From a virus, in IMG/VR virus record IMGVR_UViG_3300033153_006492, positions 14,720-78,719 of that record: 64,000 nucleotides of DNA; one strand, given 5' to 3'. The translations under genes were made by a program, and so were the position numbers. The notes under the pieces are model-generated. The model was not told the DNA's origin, did no database searches, and saw only the letters and a program-made list of their open reading frames with translations. Below, one piece after another: positions 55,102-64,000 of the stretch. The first letter of the stretch is position 1. Each line of letters begins with the position of its first letter.

Positions 55102-58100
55102 ATGATAAATGATATACTCCCATTAGAATTTAATGAATTAAAAACAGTGTGGCATCTTGCTGATCTTCATATTAGAAATATTAAACGACACAAAGAATAT
55201 AGAGAAGTATTTCAAAGAGTGTATGATGAAATAAGAAAAGATACCAAAAATGCTGTTGCTGTTGTGGCTGGCGACATTGTTCATGCTAAGTTGGAAATGT
55301 CTCCTGAATTACTTGATTTAGTATTTGAGTTTTTTGAAAATTTATCTGAAATTTTACCAGTGATTGTAATCACTGGAAACCATGATTGCAATCTTAACAA
55401 TCCCAGTCGAATGGATGTATTATATCCGATATTAAAAAGAATAAGGAATAATAATATATTTTATTTGAAAAATTCAGGCATATATGATGTTGCCGACACA
55501 AAGTTTGTAGTTATGTCAGTATTTCAAGAACCATCTGAATATATACGTGCAGATCAAGTAGATGGAAACACAAAAATAGCATTATATCATGGCACTGTTC
55601 AAAATGCAGTGAGTGAAACTGGATTTAAGTTACACAATGACAATGTAAGTAAAAAAACATTTAAGGGATATGACATTGTTTTGTTGGGTGATATACATAA
55701 ACGGCAAGCAATATCTAACTACAATTCTGAAGTGGGTAATCCACAAGCGAATTTTCCTGGGTCGATTATTCAGCAAAATTTTGGCGAAGATGTTGAACAT
55801 GGAATGCTTAAGTGGAATGTTTCAAAACGGAAGGCTAAATTTATTCCAATAGCGAATGATTATGCTTATATAACATTACATGTAAAAGATGGTGAAATGC
55901 CTGACATTGAATCGTTACATCCTAAATCAAGAATTAGATTAATGATAAAGAACACATTGTCGGCTCGAGTTACTGAGATAAAAGCATTAATGAGGGAAAA
56001 GTATCCAAAATTACAAGATATAAATGACATTAAGATTCCTGATGGCTCGTTGGTTCAAGATGGAATTAATATCAATAAAGTTGATACTGGAAACGCTCGT
56101 GATGTTAGTTTTCAGAATACTATTATTCAAGAATTTCTTTTACGGCGTTATACAATAGATAATGAAGTCATTGAAAAAATTTATGATATTAATGATACTT
56201 TGAATTTACGACTAAAACCAGTTGATGTGCAAAGGAACATTGTTTGGAAGCCAAAGACATTTGAATTTACAAATATGTTTTCGTATGGTGGAGGAAATAA
56301 GATAGATTTTAATAAACTTAGTGGTATTGTGGGATTATTTGCGCCAAATAGAACTGGTAAGAGTAATTTTATTGAAGCTTTATGTTTTAGTATTTTTGAT
56401 AAATCACCTCGTGCGTTAAAGAGTGATAGTGCAATGAATAACAAGAAAAATAGTTTTCGTTCTAAATTTTTATATGATATTGGAAACAAAGAATTTCGTA
56501 TTAAGAGAGAAGGTACTCGAAAGAAGACTGGAGACGTGGTTGTGAAAACAGACTTTAGTGTGAAAAATACTGAGGGTGAACGGAAGTCATTGAATGGTGA
56601 ACGAAGGAGTTCAACGAATCTTGTTATACGAAATTATTTAGGAGATTATGAATCTTTTATTATGACAGCACTTATTCCCCAGATTGATTTACATAAGGGA
56701 AATAATTCTAATTTGATAAATATGAGACAATCAGATAGAAAGGCATTATTGAATCGTTTTTTAGATTTAACTGTTTTCCAAGAATTATATGATTTAGCTC
56801 GAGATGAAATGAAAACTGTTGAAGTGAAATTGGATGATTTTGGGAAACGAGAATTTAGTAAAGAATTGGCTCATGCCAATATTCAAATTAAATTATTAAC
56901 TGGTGAATATAAAAAGACCGAAGATAAAAAAGAAGAATTGGATGATTTATATAAAAATATCAATAAAAAAATAAATATACTTACCAGCACACTTGTGAAT
57001 ATAGATATTGAGAATACTGACATTACAATGCTCGAATCTGACAAATTAGAACGCGATGGACAGATAAGAGATGTCAAAAAAACATTAGTGCCTTATGTTG
57101 AAATGATTGAAAATTTAGAAAAAGATATACAAAGCATTCAATTAGATTTAGATAATATAGATACTAATATAATTGAAAAATATAAACTTGTGGAAGAAAT
57201 AGAAAAACAACAAGCCGAAGCTCAACATAACATTGACAAATATCAAATAAAGATTGATACAAAACGGCAACAATTAGGCGACTATTCACAATTAGTATTT
57301 GATCCAACATGCGGAAAGTGTGATGATAATAAAGTATTTGTAGAAGATAAAATGGAAACAGAAGACGACATTGCTGAAAATGAAACAATTGTGTCTACGT
57401 TCAAACAACAATTTGATAATTTCAATCAAATGTTAGATAGAGCCAAACATGTTCGTGATCAATATACATTATTTTTATCATTACGAGAACAATTGTCGGG
57501 AAAAAATGGAGATTATTCGATAGTCAAAAATGAAAAAATTACAAGCGAACGAAAAAGGGATAATTTACAATATGAATTAGATGCTATAAATAATGACATT
57601 GAGTTATATCATAAAAACAAACAAACAATTGAAAAGAATAAATTGATACAAACATCAATTGATGAATGGGAACAAAATGCAACTACAGTTAATGATAAAA
57701 CGAATGAAGTTACAAACGAACTTATGAGAATTTACAGCGACTTAGAATTGAATAAAAATAAAAAACAACGAATTGAAGACGAAATTGCTGAAGTTAAACA
57801 TTTAGAAATTCAATCATTGGCATATAAGTATTATATGGAAGCGGTTGAAAAAGATGGAGTTCCGTTTGATTTAATTGTAAAGACAATGCCAATTATTGAA
57901 CATGAAGTGAATAATATTCTGGCTCAAATGGTAGATTTCCAAATAATCTTTAACATTGATGAGCAAGGTAAAGATATTGAACCAAAAATTGTATATGATG
58001 AAGATAATGTATGGGCAGTAGAATTGGTGAGTGGAATGGAACGATTCATTACAAGTATAGCAATTCGGGTTGCATTATTAAGTGTATCAAGTTTACCTCG

Positions 58101-58299
58101 TCCTAATTTTCTTGTTATAGATGAAGGGTTTGGAAGTTTAGATTCTGAAAATTCTAACAATCTTTATAGGTTATTTGAGTATTTGAAAACACAATTTGAT
58201 TTTGTTATTATTATTTCTCACCTCGATTATATCAAAGATTTCATTGATCAACACATTGAATTGAAATCTGAAGATGGATTTAGTAAAATCGTGCTTTAA
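55102..58299 (+). CDS. fused Mre11/SbcD phosphoesterase + Rad50/SbcC ABC ATPase (gp47-gp46 fusion)
   Basis: ADLH, GD, GNHD, GDIH; Walker A APNRTGKS; Zn hook CGKC; VSGME; Walker B IDEGFGSLD; ISH. Confidence 0.93.
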   Translation: MINDILPLEFNELKTVWHLADLHIRNIKRHKEYREVFQRVYDEIRKDTKNAVAVVAGDIVHAKLEMSPELLDLVFEFFENLSEILPVIVITGNHDCNLNNPSRMDVLYPILKRIRNNNIFYLKNSGIYDVADTKFVVMSVFQEPSEYIRADQVDGNTKIALYHGTVQNAVSETGFKLHNDNVSKKTFKGYDIVLLGDIHKRQAISNYNSEVGNPQANFPGSIIQQNFGEDVEHGMLKWNVSKRKAKFIPIANDYAYITLHVKDGEMPDIESLHPKSRIRLMIKNTLSARVTEIKALMREKYPKLQDINDIKIPDGSLVQDGININKVDTGNARDVSFQNTIIQEFLLRRYTIDNEVIEKIYDINDTLNLRLKPVDVQRNIVWKPKTFEFTNMFSYGGGNKIDFNKLSGIVGLFAPNRTGKSNFIEALCFSIFDKSPRALKSDSAMNNKKNSFRSKFLYDIGNKEFRIKREGTRKKTGDVVVKTDFSVKNTEGERKSLNGERRSSTNLVIRNYLGDYESFIMTALIPQIDLHKGNNSNLINMRQSDRKALLNRFLDLTVFQELYDLARDEMKTVEVKLDDFGKREFSKELAHANIQIKLLTGEYKKTEDKKEELDDLYKNINKKINILTSTLVNIDIENTDITMLESDKLERDGQIRDVKKTLVPYVEMIENLEKDIQSIQLDLDNIDTNIIEKYKLVEEIEKQQAEAQHNIDKYQIKIDTKRQQLGDYSQLVFDPTCGKCDDNKVFVEDKMETEDDIAENETIVSTFKQQFDNFNQMLDRAKHVRDQYTLFLSLREQLSGKNGDYSIVKNEKITSERKRDNLQYELDAINNDIELYHKNKQTIEKNKLIQTSIDEWEQNATTVNDKTNEVTNELMRIYSDLELNKNKKQRIEDEIAEVKHLEIQSLAYKYYMEAVEKDGVPFDLIVKTMPIIEHEVNNILAQMVDFQIIFNIDEQGKDIEPKIVYDEDNVWAVELVSGMERFITSIAIRVALLSVSSLPRPNFLVIDEGFGSLDSENSNNLYRLFEYLKTQFDFVIIISHLDYIKDFIDQHIELKSEDGFSKIVL

Positions 58300-58320
58300 A
58301 AGATAATTATCTTCAAATCA

Positions 58321-58330
58321 TATATTTATA
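58321..58330 (+). promoter_or_regulatory. TATATTTATA putative late promoter
   Basis: Repeated motif before the tail-fibre gene. Confidence 0.6.
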
Positions 58331-58364
58331 TACAAGTACTGTATAATATGATTTGGAGATTTGA

Positions 58365-61300
58365 ATGTCTATTTTAAGAAAAAGTAATACATATGTCGGA
58401 TTAAATTTAATCGACGTATTAATTGATGATGCTAATCCTACTTCTACATTTTTCAGAATATTTGAAGTTCCTGAAACATTCCCTGGAGGGAAAACAGCGT
58501 TTAGAATTAATGGTTCGTCTTTTTTGAAACCAAATTCTGAGGTTAAGGTTGAAGTTCTTAACGCTGAGGGGAATGTGATATATTCAGAATATCCAAAATA
58601 TCTCGAAGGATCGTCTCGTCTTATTTCAGTATATGTTTATCCTGATGAATTATATGGTGCCGCAACGATAACAATTGTTGGTGAAGCACAAATTTATCCT
58701 GGGACTCGGGAAACTTCTCGATTTTTGCGTATTCCAACTGAATGGCAAGGTATATCGAATATAAGATGGCAAAAACAAATTCTTGTAGATCCTGCTTTAC
58801 GCAACGACTCCAAAATACGATTTTATACGACTCCAGTAATTGATGCTCAAGAAGTATATGCTCCATATCTTGAACGAACTTATACAACGAGTTCAAATCC
58901 TGAATATGTTGATTATAGTGTTGGTAAAATAGCAGGAAATACACTTGGAGATTATAGTCTCATAATGAGTGACGGAGGCGAATTTAATAGATTAATGGTT
59001 GGTGGTATTCTTACTGTTACTACGCCAGCTCCATATGTTCAAAGTTATACAACAAAAATAAAAACCGTTTTTAATGAAACTGTTGCCGTTGCTTCTATTC
59101 CATATCAAGTTACTGGAAATTTAACACCAGAGTATGAAGCAATATCAAGAATTGAGAAGTTTGATGATGCTGTATTTAAGATTCCAACAACGACGACATA
59201 TCAAAATTTTAATCCAAGTGATTATACTATTAGATATGTAACTGAACCAACTTATTCTGAAACAGAAAATTATAGGTCATTTGCTAAAGTTCACATTAAT
59301 GATATGTCAACATTTTCAGGAGATGTATATTCAACTAAACTTTTTATGAAATATGTTGGTAGTGGAAAAGATTACGAACCAATAGGCGACGTTGTTCTTG
59401 AAAGTCGCGAATTAATGCTTGACGATCAATTTACAAATATTGATACTCGTTATGGATATTTATATGGTCAAGATACTATTGATACATATTGGACTTCATC
59501 GCGACAAGGTACTCATGAACCTGTAGCTCTTTTACATACAAGTCAAACAATATTAGATGCTATGTATATCACTGGAAGTTCGGTTGCTCGAGCATACAAA
59601 GATTATGATGTAATTTATCCTAATTCACAAAGTTTAGATTTTGCCTATAATACAGAATATTTATTTGAAGCATCATTTTATGCTCGACAAACATCTAAAA
59701 TTAGTATTACGGGAACCACACTTTCCCAGGCAACATTATATATTTTTGCTTCTGGTTCAGCGTTCAATGATACAGCTAATCTATCACCGAAATTTAATGG
59801 GAGAGGTAAATTAGTTCAACAAATAGAATTGGGTAGGGATGAATCATTAATAGGAGAAATAGATCAAGGATTTTTCCCAGACAGAACAGGTACTGGACAA
59901 CTTCAATTTGTAGTTGATTCTGGTGATTGGTATGTTTCTAACATAGGATTGTCAGCGGCTCAAGAAACAGGATTTTCTCCTGGAAGCACAATATTTCTTA
60001 TTCCTATTAATGATTGGCAACGAGATCAAAGTGCTTTATTTAAGGCAGAATTTTATAATCAAAAATTTCTTTATTGCTGGCGACGACAATTTATTAACAG
60101 GATCTCTTTATATTAGTAATGTGCTTAATAAGGGTATTGAAATATCTGGAGTTCAATCTGCCTATTTGAGAAATGTTGGTTATGAAGGATATTACAGTGC
60201 AAGTGATGGATCAGGTCCTGGTGGATTTATGATTTGGAGTGGGTCAGTATTAACTGATACGAATACATTATCTGGTACACCGAGATATGATGCTGTTGGA
60301 ATTGAATTGCATGGTGGTAGCGGTTCGTCTCCTGATGGTGGAACACATGCTTTAAGGTTTAGGACTGATACAGGTAAGCTTGAAATAACAGGTTCCATTT
60401 GGGCGACAGATGGAAATTTCAGTGGATATATTTCAGCAAGTGAAGGTAATATCGGTGGATGGAGTATTTTACCAAATATGTTACAGTCGTCTGATGGAGG
60501 AATGCAATTATACGGTGATGGAACAATATCATCAAGTAATTTTAATGTAAATTCAGAAGGTGATTTAACAGGAAGTAATGTTTTATTTACTGGTGGAACA
60601 ATAACAGGTGGTGTTACAATTCTTGGATCACTTTCTGCAAATAGTATATTAACTCCTGCTGAAATAGGCGGATCACCAGCGACATATTTAAATGCATCGT
60701 CATCAATTAGCGATTTGGGTTATGCTATATTTAGGTCTGCGTCAATAGGTGGATGGAAGATAAATGAAAATCAAATATATTCAACTAATTTGATTATGGA
60801 TAGTGATGGTACATTACAAACATCTAATTTCGCGAGTGGATTGACTGGTTGGAGAATAACTGGTGATTTCAATGGGTATGCCGAATTTGAAAATGCGAGA
60901 ATTCGTGGAACATTGAGTACAACTGTATTTGAAAAGGAAACAGTGAATGCTGTTGGTGGTCAATTATGGATTGCTAATTCAACAATAATTAGTGGTTCAA
61001 CGATAAGTGCAACTCCTGGTGAAGCGACGTATGCTACGTGGAGTGTCGAAAATGCTTCGAGTTGGGCAAGGGGTGAAGTTGTTAAAATTAAAAAGGTAAC
61101 TGATACTGGATTTTCGACAGAATATGTTTCTATTGATAGTTCGTCAAGAATTGATCCAGCAAGTGGTGTTGATTTTAGAGGAAATCTTTATGTGACGAGA
61201 AGTTGGAACACAGATGATAATTGGTATTTTGGGCAATTGGCTGATCCATCTGGCGACTCAATTGTTGGTGATTCTGGAAGTGGTGCTTATACTTATGAAT

Positions 61301-64000
61301 TAGGTCAAGTAATTGTTTCGACAGGTGTGAGTCAAAGCGGATACATTAGATTGAATGCTAATCCAAGAGACCCATATACACCTTATATGGACATTGTAGA
61401 ACGTACTGGTAGTGGAGTATATGATCTTGACTTAAAGGTAAGGCTTGGAGATTTAAGTGGGTTATCACCTGCATTATTATATGGTGATACAAAACCTGGA
61501 TTTGGTTTATATACTGAAAATGTTTATCTTACAGGTAAGATCACAGCAACGACTGGTTCATTTATTGGGAAGGTTCATGCTGGAGGGTATATAATAGGGT
61601 CAAGTGTACCAGCATCATCACAGACAAGTTTAACAGCAGCAAGTGGAACTTATATCAATGATTACAATTATTGGTATGATAATGGTTTATTTGGTGTTGG
61701 AGATTCAACGAATTATATTACATGGGATGGAAGTTCATTAGCTATTGTAGGAGATGTTACTGTTGGTATTGATGAGTTACCAGCCATACCAGTTGATGTA
61801 ACATTACGAGCATATTATAGTTTTGATGAAATAGTTGTATTTGAAGATACTACATCAGGTTCATATGATTATTCTGGCAATGCTAATCATGGAATTGTCA
61901 CTGGTAGTTTCGTTATTAGTTCCGGAGGACCATCAGGTAATTATGTGACATCATCTGATGGTATATTAAATATGAACACATTAGCAAACTCAAACAGTTT
62001 GTCTGGTTCATGGTCATTTTCTGTGTGGTTTAATGTTGATTCGAGTCTTTATGCATTTAGTTATTTGTTGAGCGTTACAGATATAGATGGTATAAATTGG
62101 CATTTACAACCATATTATAATACAAATACATTTCGTTTAATAAGAACAACATCTGAACCTATTACTACAAATTTTGATGATACACATAATGAAGGTGTAG
62201 TTGATAATAATTTACATCATTTTGTTTTTGTATCTAAACCTGGTCAAGTTGCTGATTATTATATAGATGGAACGAAGTTTTCATTTGATGTTACAGCAAC
62301 ATCATTGGATATGTCAGGGTCGACATATATTAGAATAAATCAACATTATGGTGGATTGGCAGAATTAAGATTTTACGACAAGGAATTATCAGAGAATGAA
62401 GTTCGAGGATTGTATTTAAATCCGGGAGGAAATAAAACAACATTGACGACTGGAGATCAAATATCTGCTGGGAAAATAAAATCAAATAATTGGAATAATT
62501 TTGATGTGGGGAGTTTAATTAATCTTAATGATGGAACAATGATGTTAGGAGGATCTGGTTCAAATGCTTCATTATATCATGATGGTGTTGATTTATATTT
62601 AAGTGGTAGTTTAATTAATGATAGTGCTATTGTGGGAGGTGAAATACAATCTTCTAATTGGGATAATAATACAATTGGTAGTTTAATTGATCTTGATTAT
62701 GGAACAATGATGTTAGGTGGTTCTGGTTCTAATGCATCATTATATTATGATGGCGACAATTTATTTATTGATGGAACTATAAACGTAGGTGGTGGAGTAA
62801 ATATAATGTATGCTCCTTATGCTGATTTTGATTTATCATCTGCTCCTGGGTTTGATAATATTAGCGCTGAAGCGAGTGCTTCGTTAGATTCTACTGAACA
62901 TTATTTTGGAGACAAGTCACTTAAAATTTCTGATGCGAATGAAGATTATTTATTTCTTGGTACGACATCAACTGATTATAATATTAATTTAACTCCCGGT
63001 AAAAAATGGTTAGTTAGTTTTTATGCCAAAGGTAATGATAATACGGAGGTTAGAGCTCATTTGAAAATGGCAAATACAACAATATATCCAGCATCTACCT
63101 CTGATCGTGAATCTATATCTGCTGTATGGAATCGTTATAGTTTTGTGGTTGATTTAACATTAAATACAGATACAAATGGTGAATTGGCAATATATATTCG
63201 AAATGATGTAAGTGCATACGATCTTTATATTGATGGTATAATGATTGAAGCTATTCCTGATACAGATACTGTACCAGATCCTTCTCCATTTTCATTACCT
63301 GGTGTAACAAAGATTGATGGTAATCAGATAACAACTGGGGAAATAAGATCTGCTAATTGGGCGGCTTCTGTTGGAAGTTTAATTAACTTGGATACTTTCA
63401 ACAAATATAATGTATGCACCATATACAGATTTTGATTTGTCATCTGCTCCTGCTTTTGTTGAGTCAACTTATGCAAGTTCATCAATAGATTCAAGTGAAT
63501 ATGTATTTGGTAGCAAATCAGTTAAAGTTCAACAAATAGCTTCAAATGAAGGATCAATGTATTTCGGAACTTCCAATGAAGATTATAATATGAAATTTGA
63601 ACCTAATACAAAATGGTTAGTTAGTTTATATGCAAAGGGAACCGATATTTCATTTAGACCATATATAAAAATGTCAAGTGGAACAGCTTACCCAGCCGAT
63701 CCTACTTCAGATGATATAACAGTTCCAGCTTCATGGACAAGATATAGTTTTGTTGTTGATTTAACTGATGCTTCTGAAACTAATGGTATGTTGGTTATGT
63801 ATTGTGCGGGTGGTAATGGTTTGATTGGTTATTTTGATGGTTTTATGGTTGAAGCCATTCCTGATACAGATTCTGTACCAGACCCATCTCCATTTTCATT
63901 ACCTGGTGTAACAAAGATTGATGGTAATCAGATAACAACTGGGGAAATAAGATCTGCTAATTGGGCGGCTTCTGTTGGAAGTTTAATTAACTTGGATACT
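58365..64000 (+). CDS. very large tail-fibre/receptor-binding-like protein, probably one gene with +1 frame breaks at ~60062 and ~63397; runs off the window
   Basis: ORFs 58365-60116, 60010-63435 and open frame 63398-64000; IGGW repeats, LamG-like domain, tandem CBM-like domains; protein-level repeat continues across the 63397 break. Confidence 0.7.
63283..64000 (+). repeat. 114-bp identical direct repeat (63283-63396 and 63887-64000)
   Basis: TCTCCATTTTCATTACCTGG...AACTTGGATACT in both copies; period 604 bp. Confidence 0.9.

Noticed and set aside
212-60398. Remaining short minus-strand and nested ORFs in the track
   Set aside because: They lie within longer motif-bearing + strand genes and lack RBSs or recognisable motifs
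1-64000. CRISPR array, DGR/retron, integrase, transposase, rRNA, or stop-codon reassignment
   Set aside because: No regularly spaced repeats and no reverse transcriptase or recombinase motifs; TAA, TAG and TGA all end genes at sensible boundaries with dense code-11 coding

Overview
AT-rich, gene-dense segment of a large (jumbo-type) tailed phage. Essentially all genes are on the + strand and use the standard genetic code. The left half (1-36 kb) is accessory: Hsp20; a dense ncRNA cluster ahead of a Ro60/Rsr (TROVE-vWA) gene; an SF2 helicase plus split N6-MTase restriction-modification-like block; Thg1-like, NUDIX, SNF2, HAD, NADAR, HNH, SufU and SPFH genes; a nicotinamidase-vWA-PP2C-kinase (TerY-P-like) block; peptide deformylase, tmRNA, tRNA-Gly, an HD protein and a gp55-like sigma factor. 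The right half (36-64 kb) encodes myovirus-type baseplate and tail proteins, a resolvase-like nuclease, primase, a fused Mre11-Rad50 (SbcD-SbcC) and a long repeat-containing tail-fibre-like gene. The most striking feature is at 1.28-4.11 kb. An unannotated Arg-rich microprotein is followed by three Y-RNA-like genes that share one bulged-C Ro-binding stem but carry very different inserts, an fMet-like tRNA, an unrecognised ~320-nt multi-stem RNA closed by tRNA-like arms, a terminator and then Ro60. Further unrecognised structured RNAs lie at 12.5 kb and 31.36 kb. Four distinct promoter classes can be read. Three genes carry +1 frame breaks that may be assembly errors. All protein calls come from motif recognition and all RNA structures from manual base-pairing; no searches were run.
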